In this document: positions 16,103 to 25,192 of the stretch, in pieces
How the letters are laid out: every line of letters starts with the position of its first letter
Position numbering within the stretch: position 1 is the first letter of the stretch
Origin: a virus
Virus genome (UHGV): UHGV-0378206
Direction: 5' to 3' (one strand)
Length of the DNA stretch: 34,503 nucleotides
Program-made: the position numbers and the translations under genes
The notes under the pieces: generated by a model
What the model was told of the DNA's origin: nothing
The model's database searches: none
Seen by the model: the letters and a program-made list of their open reading frames with translations, nothing else

Positions 16103-18540
16103 CAGAGATCAGCACAGGCCGTCTTGCCGATCCATTTGTCAGTGTAACTTCCGGTAGCATTGAGAATTCTGCCGGGGGTTATTCGTGGAATTTACCTAAG
16201 AAAGCCATTAACCCTTATCTGGACCCGGCGGAAGTTGCGCCGGTTTCTGCGCTTTCAAACCTGATCACTCTGTACGCTACCGATAACGAGCAGGAACAAC
16301 TGCGCCGCGAGGCACTGAGTGATCAGGTCTGGGAGCGTTATTTCTTTAATGAATCCCGTGATCCTGTCCAGCGCGAAATGGAGCAGGATAAGCTCATTAG
16401 CCGGGCAAAGTTGGCGCATGAGCAGCAGCGTTTTAACCCGGACATGGTCATTCTGGCAGACGTCAGCGCCCAGCCCTCCCATATCAGCAAGCCGCTGATG
16501 CAACGTATTGAATACTTCAGCAGCCTGGGCAGGCCAAAGGCTTATTCCCGCTATTTACGTGAGACGATTAAGCCATGTCTGGAACGACTGGAGCATGTAC
16601 GCGACAGCCAGCTATCTGCATCTTTTCGTTTTATGGCAAGCCATGTAGGGCTGGACGGCCTGCTGATTCTGCCTGAAATGAGTCAGGATCAGGTGAAACG
16701 CCTGTCTACCCTTGTCGCTGCGCATATGAGTATGTGCCTTGATGCAGCTTGTGGTGATTTGTATGCCACCGATGACGTTAAGCCAGAAGAAATCCGCAAG
16801 ACATGGGAAAAGGTGGCAGCGGAAACCCTGCGTCTGGATGTCATCCCGCCTGCGTTTGAGCAACTCCGTCGGAAAAGAAACCGCCGTAAACCCGTGCCCT
16901 ATGAACTCATTCCGGGTTCGCTGGCGCGTATGTTGTGCGCCGACTGGTGGTACCGGAAATTATGGAAAATGCGTTGCGAATGGCGGGAAGAGCAGTTGCG
17001 TGCTGTCTGCCTGGTCAGCAAAAAAGCATCTCCCTATGTCAGCTATGAAGCCGTGATGCATAAACGTGAGCAGCGCCGCAAGTCACTGGAGTTTTTCCGT
17101 TCTCATGAACTGGTGAACGAAGAGGGCGACACGCTGGATATGGAAGACGTGGTAAACGCCAGCAGCAGCAACCCGGCGCACCGCCGCAATGAGATGATGG
17201 CCTGTGTTAAAGGTCTGGAGCTTATCGCGGAAATGCGCGGTGACTGCGCCGTTTTCTACACCATTACCTGTCCGTCACGTTTCCATTCTACGCTCAATAA
17301 CGGCAGACCAAACCCAACCTGGACAAATGCGACGGTAAGACAAAGCAGCGATTATCTGGTCGGCATGTTTGCTGCATTTCGTAAGGCGATGCACAAAGCC
17401 GGGTTGCGCTGGTATGGCGTGCGGGTGGCTGAGCCGCATCATGACGGTACAGTTCACTGGCACCTGTTGTGTTTCATGCGCAAAAAAGACCGCCGCGCCA
17501 TTACTGCATTGTTGCGTAAGTTTGCCATCCGTGAAGACCGCGAGGAACTGGGTAATAACACTGGTCCACGCTTTAAATCTGAGCTGATAAACCCGCGCAA
17601 AGGAACGCCGACAAGCTACATCGCGAAATACATCAGTAAGAACATTGACGGGCGTGGTCTGGCTGGCGAGATCAGCAAGGAAACGGGTAAATCCCTGCGT
17701 GATAACGCTGAATACGTTAATGCCTGGGCGTCTCTGCATCGTGTACAGCAATTCCGCTTCTTTGGTATTCCGGGACGTCAGGCTTACCGTGAACTTCGCT
17801 TGCTGGCTGGTCAGGCGGCAAGGCAACAAGGTGACAAAAAAGCAGGTGCGCCGGTACTGGATAACCCGCGTCTTGATGCCATTCTGGCTGCTGCTGATGC
17901 TGGTTGTTTTGCCACCTACATCATGAAGCAGGGCGGCGTACTGGTCCCCCGCAAATATCACCTCATCAGAACCGCTTATGAAATCAACGAAGAGCCAACC
18001 GCCTATGGCGATCACGGTATTCGTATTTATGGCATCTGGTCACCCATTGCAGAGGGCAAGATCTGCACTCATGCAGTGAAGTGGAAAATGGTTCGTAAGG
18101 CCGTTGACGTTCAGGAGGCGGCAGCCGACCAGGGCGCTTGCGCCCCTTGGACTCGTGGCAATAACTGTCCCCTTGCTGAAAATTTGAACCAACAGGAGAA
18201 AGATAAATCAGCTGATGGGGACCCCAGAACGGACATTACCAGCATGGATGACAAGGAGTTGCACGATTACCTGCACAGTATGAGCAAAAAAGAGCGCCGG
18301 GAACTGGCAGCAAGGTTACGCCTGGTGAAACCGAAACGGCGTAAAGACTACAAACAGCGAATTACAGACCATCAGCGACTGCAGCTCGTGTATGAGCTGA
18401 AGTCCAGAGGATTTGATGGCAGCGAGAAAGAGGTCGATTTACTCCTTCGCGGAGGCAGTATTCCGTCAGGAGCAGGCCTGCGTATCTTCTATCGGAACCA
18501 GCGTTTGCAGGAAGATGATCAGTGGCGGAACCTGTATTAA
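16099..18540 (+). CDS. A: replication initiation endonuclease (P2 gpA family, rolling-circle HUH)
   Basis: 813-aa ORF with '[13 protein letters not shown]' HUH-type motif and conserved Tyr-containing region; position and size match P2 A. Confidence 0.85.
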   Translation: MTEISTGRLADPFVSVTSGSIENSAGGYSWNLPKKAINPYLDPAEVAPVSALSNLITLYATDNEQEQLRREALSDQVWERYFFNESRDPVQREMEQDKLISRAKLAHEQQRFNPDMVILADVSAQPSHISKPLMQRIEYFSSLGRPKAYSRYLRETIKPCLERLEHVRDSQLSASFRFMASHVGLDGLLILPEMSQDQVKRLSTLVAAHMSMCLDAACGDLYATDDVKPEEIRKTWEKVAAETLRLDVIPPAFEQLRRKRNRRKPVPYELIPGSLARMLCADWWYRKLWKMRCEWREEQLRAVCLVSKKASPYVSYEAVMHKREQRRKSLEFFRSHELVNEEGDTLDMEDVVNASSSNPAHRRNEMMACVKGLELIAEMRGDCAVFYTITCPSRFHSTLNNGRPNPTWTNATVRQSSDYLVGMFAAFRKAMHKAGLRWYGVRVAEPHHDGTVHWHLLCFMRKKDRRAITALLRKFAIREDREELGNNTGPRFKSELINPRKGTPTSYIAKYISKNIDGRGLAGEISKETGKSLRDNAEYVNAWASLHRVQQFRFFGIPGRQAYRELRLLAGQAARQQGDKKAGAPVLDNPRLDAILAAADAGCFATYIMKQGGVLVPRKYHLIRTAYEINEEPTAYGDHGIRIYGIWSPIAEGKICTHAVKWKMVRKAVDVQEAAADQGACAPWTRGNNCPLAENLNQQEKDKSADGDPRTDITSMDDKELHDYLHSMSKKERRELAARLRLVKPKRRKDYKQRITDHQRLQLVYELKSRGFDGSEKEVDLLLRGGSIPSGAGLRIFYRNQRLQEDDQWRNLY

Positions 18541-18632
18541 TTACGCGGGTTAACAATTCGTGCTCTTAATAATACCAGGCATATCAGGCTGATGAACGTA
18601 AAAAAACGTTTTACATCAGTAAGATTATTATA

Positions 18633-18652
18633 TACTGTAAATATAAACAGTG
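18633..18652. promoter_or_regulatory. LexA (SOS) box
   Basis: 'tactgtaaatataaacagtg' = CTGT-N8-ACAG with AT-rich spacer, 41 nt upstream of the 18694 start. Confidence 0.6.
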
Positions 18653-18693
18653 GTTATGCATACAGTATTGCGTGTGGTGTCATAGGAGGAAAG

Positions 18694-18882
18694 ATGCAGG
18701 ACTATTTTTTGGAGTCTTTGAAGCTCCAGCGCATTGATTTTTTTCTTAAGCTTGTAGCGGCTAGTGAGTGTAGTGATGAGGAGAAGGGGCTGGCTCTGCA
18801 GTGGGTTTCTGAATTGACTGATGAACTCATGGCAAAAATCAGAACCCACGAATACAACCGCTCAATGGATGTCATCAGCTGA
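18694..18882 (+). CDS. hypothetical protein; possible N-terminal part of a Tum-like antirepressor
   Basis: 62 aa from ATG 18694 (RBS 'aggagga'); follows the LexA box; overlaps the next ORF in a different frame. Confidence 0.4.
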   Translation: MQDYFLESLKLQRIDFFLKLVAASECSDEEKGLALQWVSELTDELMAKIRTHEYNRSMDVIS

Positions 18883-18892
18883 GGTGACTTTT

Positions 18893-19126
18893 ATGCGCAT
18901 TGAAATAATGATCGATAAAGAGCAGAAGATTAGCCAGTCTACCCTGGACGCCCTTGAATCCGAGCTTTACCGCAATCTGCGCCCCCTGTATCCCAAAACG
19001 GTAATTCGCATTCGCAAAGGTAGCTCTAACGGTGTGGAACTAACCGGACTGCAACTGGACGAAGAAAGAAAACAAGTGATGAAAATTATGCAGAAGGTGT
19101 GGGAAGACGACAGCTGGCTGCATTAA
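18893..19126 (+). CDS. DinI-like protein (possibly the DinI-like domain of a Tum-type antirepressor)
   Basis: 'MRIEIMIDKEQ...LDALESELYRNL...VIRIRKGS...KQVMKIMQKVWEDDSW' parallels E. coli DinI over its full length; RBS 'gaggtga'. Confidence 0.7.
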   Translation: MRIEIMIDKEQKISQSTLDALESELYRNLRPLYPKTVIRIRKGSSNGVELTGLQLDEERKQVMKIMQKVWEDDSWLH

Positions 19127-19260
19127 GAAACGTTGCTGGCGTCTGAACTTGCTTCTGGCGTCAGCAAGGTTGAACAACGAGCCCTTGCGAGGCGTTAGCT
19201 CTGTAGTGCATGTCTATGCTGCATGAGATCGCATGATCGTTTGAGGATCGTTTTTGCTAA

Positions 19261-19288
19261 GGCCCGCCAGAACTGGCGGGCTTTTGCG
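19261..19288 (+). terminator. rho-independent terminator
   Basis: 'ggcccgccag aa ctggcgggc' stem-loop followed by 'ttttgcg'. Confidence 0.65.
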
Positions 19289-19330
19289 TAGATCATGCAG
19301 GTGCATGAAAACCACTACATAAAGCGGGCA

Positions 19331-19349
19331 GGCGTGGCGGGGATACGAG
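19331..19349. other. candidate cos-like GC-rich motif (low confidence)
   Basis: 'ggcgtggcgggga' resembles the 5' part of the P2/186 cohesive-end sequence as I recall it (GGCG[A/T]GGCGGGGAAAGCA-); the 3' part diverges. Confidence 0.25.
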
Positions 19350-19439
19350 CGCGCGTTGCAAACCATGTCGATGCTGTTATCATTTGCAGCAAGTTTTCAA
19401 AGTGCTAAAGCATTCTTTAATTCCAAGGTAGGTATAGAT

Positions 19440-21380
19440 ATGATAGCCGGGTTGTTTATCCGTAACGTCAAAACATATCAAGGCATAAATTATATTCCTT
19501 TGACAGACGCTCCAAATTTTAGCGGTTTCTTAGGAAATAATGGGATAGGGAAAAGCTCAATACTTGAGGCATTGGATGTAATATTTAATGCTAAAGAGTG
19601 GAATTATAATACAGCTGTCAAAAAGAGCGGTATAGAAAAAACCAGCCCACATATTGTACCGGTTTTTATATTGGAGGAGGATTTTTTTGATTCTGAGACA
19701 CTCCCTTTTGCAAAAACGCTAGATGCTTTAGCTAGGGAGGTTAGCTTAGAGGATGCTACAAACTCACAAACAAAAACTATTCTTGAAAATTTTATAAGTC
19801 ATCGTGATAGACTTTTTGCACGAAATGATATGCAAGGGCAGTTAATTATTCCTATTGGACGCCTTCATAATAATAATATGTCATTATCTGTTTTAGCAGG
19901 TAGAAGTCTATCTACTATAATGGAAAAAGATATATTTGGTGCCGGATTCAAGTTAAGTGAAGGTATAGAGTTAGCTAAACATTTTCAAGTTTTATTTGAT
20001 TATATCACTGGTAAGTTAGAATATTTATATATACCAAAAGAGATTGATACTGAGGTTTTTACTAAGCTTGAGAGTATTGGAACTCAAGTATTGATGGGTG
20101 AATCGCTGCATGAAATTCTTGATAGAATAGTTGGTGAGTCAAAAATTGGAGAAATCAACAGAGAACTAAGCGGATTTCTTGAAGATATCTCAACGAAGCT
20201 AGTTAACTATACGTATAGAACGCCTTCGGATAGGCAAAAAAGAATTCAAAAAAAAGAAGTCTATAACTTAATTATACAAGCGTTTTTTAACGTCAGAAAA
20301 TTACATAAAACCCACAATGGCGAGCATTTTTTAGAAATTAGTAATTTGAGTTCGGGGGAAAAGCAGAAGGCTATTATTGATGTTGCGCATGCATTGCTGA
20401 CAAAGCATAGAAGTAATAGTGATAATTTAATCATAGCCATAGATGAGCCTGAGTCTTCATTGCACATGTCTGCTTGTTTTGAACAATTTCAAGCGTTATC
20501 AGAACTAAGTTTAGGATGTAGGCAACTATTGTTTTCCTCTCATTGGTATGGTTTTCTCCCCACCTTGGAAAAGGGAACTGTTACAATAATAACTAAAAAA
20601 AATAATGAGCATCTTTTTGATCTGATCAATTTAGCATCTTACCGGGAAGAAATAAAACAACTTGTTCGAGATAGTAGGGGAAAGTTACCATTTGATATTA
20701 GAATTAAAAGTATGAATGATTTTACTCAGTCATTATTATCTAGTGCAACAGGTGAGAAACCATATAATTGGTTGATTTGTGAGGGTTCATCGGAAAGAAT
20801 TTATCTTTCAGCATATTTTAAGGATTTGATAAAGAATCATAATCTTCGTATTGTACCTGTTGGGGGGGCGTCGGAAATTAAAAAAATATATAACTATCTC
20901 TCTGCCTGCTATAAGGATGTCGAAGGGGAGATTACCGGAAATATATATTTGTTAGCTGATACTGATAGCCAGTTGGTCAGATATGACGTCGGAACATATC
21001 AAAGATTACATTGTAAAAGATTTGTTTATGATTCGTCTAAAAACAGGGCGATCTTAGTTAAGATAGACACAAATCCGGTATCGCCTGCAACTGAGATAGA
21101 GGATGTTTTGAACGCAAAAATCTATTACCAGACCTTATTGTCATTTGCTGGTGATTACGATTATTTAAGTTTCATTAATAATATTGATGCTCCAAGTGAT
21201 AATCTGGAATCTTACTCAGCTCTTGATCTCAGAGTTAGTGAAAAAAATGCCATAAATAGATTTTTTGATGATGGAAATAATAAGTTTTTATTCGCAAAAA
21301 GATATGTTGAATTAATGACGGAAGAAAATAGTGTTCCAGAGTGGATTAGTGAGATTAGAGAGGTAATGACTTCAGCTTAG
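19440..21380 (+). CDS. ABC-type ATPase fused to Toprim-like nuclease domain (OLD-family-like; possibly fused PARIS AriA-AriB-like) at the P2 old/tin cargo position
   Basis: Walker A 'GNNGIGKSS', ABC signature-like 'LSSGEKQ', Walker B 'LIIAIDEPESSLH'; C-terminal 'LICEGSSER' and 'LLADTDS' fit Toprim E / DxD motifs; AT-rich; preferred start ATG 19440 (RBS 'aaggtagg'), ORF opens at 19356. Confidence 0.75.
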   Translation: MIAGLFIRNVKTYQGINYIPLTDAPNFSGFLGNNGIGKSSILEALDVIFNAKEWNYNTAVKKSGIEKTSPHIVPVFILEEDFFDSETLPFAKTLDALAREVSLEDATNSQTKTILENFISHRDRLFARNDMQGQLIIPIGRLHNNNMSLSVLAGRSLSTIMEKDIFGAGFKLSEGIELAKHFQVLFDYITGKLEYLYIPKEIDTEVFTKLESIGTQVLMGESLHEILDRIVGESKIGEINRELSGFLEDISTKLVNYTYRTPSDRQKRIQKKEVYNLIIQAFFNVRKLHKTHNGEHFLEISNLSSGEKQKAIIDVAHALLTKHRSNSDNLIIAIDEPESSLHMSACFEQFQALSELSLGCRQLLFSSHWYGFLPTLEKGTVTIITKKNNEHLFDLINLASYREEIKQLVRDSRGKLPFDIRIKSMNDFTQSLLSSATGEKPYNWLICEGSSERIYLSAYFKDLIKNHNLRIVPVGGASEIKKIYNYLSACYKDVEGEITGNIYLLADTDSQLVRYDVGTYQRLHCKRFVYDSSKNRAILVKIDTNPVSPATEIEDVLNAKIYYQTLLSFAGDYDYLSFINNIDAPSDNLESYSALDLRVSEKNAINRFFDDGNNKFLFAKRYVELMTEENSVPEWISEIREVMTSA

Positions 21381-21405
21381 TCATTACCTGATTATATTTA
21401 TTCAG

Positions 21406-22437
21406 TTACATGAGGTCATAAAATTCGAATTTTATGACCTCATTATCTATCCAATTGTTAATTTCAATTATTTTCTTTTGTAGAGGAAGAAGTTCATTAC
21501 GAACAAACACTTTACTCGCCTTCTCCACATCCCCAAACCCCCCGACATTATTAGGCATAATCCCCATCATCTGAGGCGGTACGCGGTGCGCAGCCATCAT
21601 GTCATCACGGCTCACGTTTTTGATATTCAGAAACTCATCCTTCGCTGCGACTTCTGACAACGGGATAATCTGAAGTCCGTCCTTTTTGCCGTTAGGCGAG
21701 TACATAAACAGATTGCGGAAGTTGCCAGGGCCTTTGGCGCTTTTCATCGCATTGCGGAGGTTGTTCACATCTTCCTGGTTCTGCGCGGCATCGGTCATGT
21801 ACATGATGAAGCCTGCATGACTACCGTTAATGTAATACTTCCGGCGGAATAGCGTGGCGGATTCGTTGAGCAGGGCGGATGGAATGGCAGAAAGATAGCC
21901 GGGCAGGCCGTAGATCTCCTGGTTGATGTCCGGTTCCATCAGATGAAAAATGCTGCCTTTCGTGAACTGATACGGCTGGGTTGTCATACCGTATTGCACA
22001 AACCAGTAGGTATCCAGGTCTAACCCGCGTCGGGTGTATTTTGCCAGAGCAGGCTCAAGGGCGATAACTTCACCGAAGCGGTTCGTGCGTTTCTCCAGGT
22101 AGGCGTTACCAAATACCAGATAGTCCTGCACAAAACGTGAAAAAGCCTGCTGGCTGAGCAGCGGGTGAGGGATGTAGGTACTGGTCAGAATGTTGCATTT
22201 TACTGCAATCGGTGAGCTGTGATGCACGGCAGCGCGGAAGGTTCGTGCCAGTCCGTCAAAGCTGACGGGCGGCTCATACCAACGGTCCATCTGTACGCAT
22301 TCCACATAGTCCAGTAATTCTCGGCGGTCCAGAACTGGAACGGGATCGCCGAAGCTGAATGCTTCGGCTGTAGTCTGGTTTTTATGCTGGATCTGATTCG
22401 TCGCCGCAGTGCGGTTTTTCTTACTCTTTCCCATCAA
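21406..22437 (-). CDS. Q: portal protein (P2 gpQ)
   Basis: 343 aa, size and position immediately downstream of P on the same strand as in P2. Confidence 0.9.
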   Translation of the reverse strand: MMGKSKKNRTAATNQIQHKNQTTAEAFSFGDPVPVLDRRELLDYVECVQMDRWYEPPVSFDGLARTFRAAVHHSSPIAVKCNILTSTYIPHPLLSQQAFSRFVQDYLVFGNAYLEKRTNRFGEVIALEPALAKYTRRGLDLDTYWFVQYGMTTQPYQFTKGSIFHLMEPDINQEIYGLPGYLSAIPSALLNESATLFRRKYYINGSHAGFIMYMTDAAQNQEDVNNLRNAMKSAKGPGNFRNLFMYSPNGKKDGLQIIPLSEVAAKDEFLNIKNVSRDDMMAAHRVPPQMMGIMPNNVGGFGDVEKASKVFVRNELLPLQKKIIEINNWIDNEVIKFEFYDLM

Positions 22438-24200
22438 AAAATCTCCACAATATTGCTGGTATTGGCGGACTCGCCCTGCAGCGGTTCGTTAAACAGTGCG
22501 TGCATCGTTGCCCAAGCCAGATCGGCGTGGCTGGCTTCTTCGCTGCGGCTGGCTTCATAGGTTGGGCGGTTGCCACTGGCGGTGGTTGCGCGACGGATTG
22601 CCATGAATGACTGCGCAATGTCGGTGTGCCCGGCGTCAAACTCCAGACGGCGGTGACTGATAATGTCGTAGGCCTTGAGTACCAGGGCGTTTTTAACGTT
22701 GGGGTTGTAGACAAACTCCCGGACGGCTGGAAAAAACGCTTTCACGTTCTCGTAAACCCCGTGGCCGACACCTGTCGAGTCGATGCCGATGTAGGTCACG
22801 TTGTACTGTTCAGTCAGTTTTTTGATGGCGTCAGCCTGGGCGCGGAAGTCCATCCCGCGCCACTGGTGACGCTCAAGAATGCGGAACTTACCGCCCGGCA
22901 CGGCTGGCGGTGCCACCACCACGCATCCGGCGCTGTCGCCGTTCTGCGTACCTTTTGCCGGGTCATAACCGATCCACACCTCGCGCCAGCCAAACGGGCG
23001 CAGGGCCAGTGCATGAAAGTCGGTCCAGACTTCCCAACTGTCCACCATGCACGCCTGCAGTTCGCTGAGCGGGAACACGGACGCGAGATCGTCCACAAAC
23101 TCGCACATCAGCAGGTTCTGGTATTCGTCCGGGCTGTACTCCATGCGCAACTGGTCAAGGTCGAACAGGTTACAGCCGCCGCGCACCGCATCTTCCACGG
23201 TGACTATCTGGCGGTATTGCCCGTCTGCGCACAGCAGGCCGGGGGCCAGATTGCTGTGGGACAGGTCGATGTCCACCTTATCGGCTTTGTTGCGCCCACG
23301 GTTGAACAGCGCACCGGACCAGAACGGATAAGCACTGTGGGTCAGGCTGGATGGCGTGGAAAAATAGGTTTGTCGCCATTTTTTGTGAATAGCCATACCG
23401 GAAGCCACTTTGCGCAGCTCCTGGAATTTCGGTATCCAGAAATATTCATCCAGATACAGGTTGCCGTGGTAACTCTGGGCCGTGCGGGCATTGGTGCCGA
23501 GGAAGTAAAGCGTGGCCCCGTTAGGAAGCACCATCGGATCGCCTTTCAGCTCCACCTCGACTTCTTTGGCGAAGTCGATGATGTACTGCTTAAAGACGTG
23601 AGCCTGTGCCTTACTGGCAGAAAGGAAAATCTGGTTACGTCCGGTAAGCAGGGCGTCAATCAGGGCTTCACGGGCAAAGTAAAAGGTCGCGCCGATCTGG
23701 CGTGACTTCAGCAGGTTGCGGATGCGGTTGGTTTTTCCGGCTTCCCACCAGTGGCGCTGGTAGTTGAACATGGAGGAATGGAAGATTTCTTCCAGCTTCT
23801 CAATCTGTTCATCAGTGAAAACGTTCTTTTCCGGCTGACGACGCGGGCCTTTGTTGCGGTTGGCGACGTTAGGGTTTAAGTCGGCTTCGTTGCCGCCATT
23901 GTTAAACTTGCCGATCCGCGCGTGGCGCTCAGACTGGCGCGCCAGCAGGTCAATCTCTTTGAAATCTTTCCCTTCTTTGTGCTCCTTCATGATGAGCTGG
24001 CAGTAGCGTGCGGCGGTGGTGAGCTGCATCTGATCCAGCGGCCCATAGTCACCCCACTTGTCGCGTTTTTTCCAGCTGTGAACGGTTGCAACTTTCTCGC
24101 CCAGCATTTCAGCAATGCGGGCTACGCGGTATCCCTGAAAGTACAGCAGCATGGCCTGCCGACGGGGATCGAGATCTGCGGGTGTCAGTGTGGTGTTCAT
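22434..24200 (-). CDS. P: terminase large (ATPase) subunit (P2 gpP)
   Basis: 588 aa; overlaps Q start; divergent from the O-N-M-L operon as in P2. Confidence 0.9.
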   Translation of the reverse strand: MNTTLTPADLDPRRQAMLLYFQGYRVARIAEMLGEKVATVHSWKKRDKWGDYGPLDQMQLTTAARYCQLIMKEHKEGKDFKEIDLLARQSERHARIGKFNNGGNEADLNPNVANRNKGPRRQPEKNVFTDEQIEKLEEIFHSSMFNYQRHWWEAGKTNRIRNLLKSRQIGATFYFAREALIDALLTGRNQIFLSASKAQAHVFKQYIIDFAKEVEVELKGDPMVLPNGATLYFLGTNARTAQSYHGNLYLDEYFWIPKFQELRKVASGMAIHKKWRQTYFSTPSSLTHSAYPFWSGALFNRGRNKADKVDIDLSHSNLAPGLLCADGQYRQIVTVEDAVRGGCNLFDLDQLRMEYSPDEYQNLLMCEFVDDLASVFPLSELQACMVDSWEVWTDFHALALRPFGWREVWIGYDPAKGTQNGDSAGCVVVAPPAVPGGKFRILERHQWRGMDFRAQADAIKKLTEQYNVTYIGIDSTGVGHGVYENVKAFFPAVREFVYNPNVKNALVLKAYDIISHRRLEFDAGHTDIAQSFMAIRRATTASGNRPTYEASRSEEASHADLAWATMHALFNEPLQGESANTSNIVEIF

Positions 24201-24246
24201 GGCACAAACCTACAGCCTTGAATGAAGGCTTTCCCCGCCTGCGGTT

Positions 24247-24264
24247 TGTGTGGTTGTCGGTACA
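24247..24264. promoter_or_regulatory. late-promoter activator (Ogr/Delta-type) binding site, TGT-N12-ACA
   Basis: 'TGTgtggttgtcggtACA' in the P/O divergent intergenic region, about 88 nt upstream of the O start codon. Confidence 0.55.
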
Positions 24265-24342
24265 AATACCGCGCATTGTTTCACTGCCCCCATCACCGCA
24301 ACCATAAGGCTCCAGTAAGTTTTTTCTAACGGAGCACGGCTC

Positions 24343-25176
24343 ATGACAGTGAAAGCAAAGCGTTTTCGCATCGGGGTGGAAGGTGCCACTACCGACGGAC
24401 GTGAAATCCAGCGTGAATGGCTGGAACAGATGGCAGCCAGCTACAACCCGGCGGTGTATACCGCGCTGATTAACCTTGAGCACATTAAGTCTTATCTGCC
24501 GGACAGCACCTTTAACCGCTACGGCAAGGTGACGGCGCTGTTTGCTGAAGAAATCACGGAAGGTCCGCTGGCGGGCAAGATGGCGCTGTATGCCGACGTT
24601 GAGCCAACGGAGTCCCTGGTGGAGCTGGTGAAAAAAGGCCAGAAATTATTCACATCTATGGAAGTCAGCCCGAAGTTTGCTGATACGGGCAAAGCCTACC
24701 TGGTCGGCCTGGCGGCCACTGATGACCCTGCCAGTCTGGGCACTGAAATGCTGACATTCAGCGCCAGTGCAGCCCATAACCCGCTGGCAAACCGCAAGCA
24801 GAATCCCGCCAATCTTTTTACCGCTGCAGAGGAAACGGTGATCGAACTGGAAGAAATCCAGGAGGACAAGCCGTCCCTGTTTGCCCGTGTCACGGCGCTG
24901 TTTACCAAAAAAGAGCAGTCCGATGACGCCCGGTTCTCTGATGTGCATAAGGCCGTGGAGCTGGTCGCCACTGAGCAGCAGAACCTGAGCGCACGCACCG
25001 AAAAATCCCTGTCTGAGCAGGAAGAACGCCTGTCTGAGCTGGAGACTGCTCTGCAGGAGCAGCAAACCGCCTTTAACGAACTGGTGAATAAGCTGAGTCA
25101 TGAAGACAGCCGCCAGGACTACCGCCAGCGTGCAACAGGCGGTAACGCCCCCGCTGACACTCTGACCAATTGCTGA
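24343..25176 (+). CDS. O: capsid scaffolding protein (P2 gpO)
   Basis: 277 aa; first gene of rightward head operon; RBS 'aacggag'. Confidence 0.85.
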   Translation: MTVKAKRFRIGVEGATTDGREIQREWLEQMAASYNPAVYTALINLEHIKSYLPDSTFNRYGKVTALFAEEITEGPLAGKMALYADVEPTESLVELVKKGQKLFTSMEVSPKFADTGKAYLVGLAATDDPASLGTEMLTFSASAAHNPLANRKQNPANLFTAAEETVIELEEIQEDKPSLFARVTALFTKKEQSDDARFSDVHKAVELVATEQQNLSARTEKSLSEQEERLSELETALQEQQTAFNELVNKLSHEDSRQDYRQRATGGNAPADTLTNC

Positions 25177-25192
25177 TGGAGCACAAAACCTG

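Noticed and set aside
17275-18015. 246-aa minus-strand ORF inside replication gene A (and smaller antisense ORFs nearby)
   Set aside because: Antisense shadow ORF within a confidently assigned 813-aa gene; no RBS context.
19356-19439. Upstream ATG extending the ATPase-Toprim ORF by 28 codons
   Set aside because: No RBS, crosses the GC-rich cos-like/promoter region, and the encoded extension is not typical of ABC ATPase N-termini; ATG 19440 has a good RBS and begins the expected beta-strand/Walker A region.
22626-23705. 359-aa plus-strand ORF antisense to the terminase large subunit gene
   Set aside because: Lies entirely inside the well-supported minus-strand gene P; long antisense ORFs are expected in GC-rich phage DNA; Arg/Ala/Gly/Val-rich low-complexity translation.
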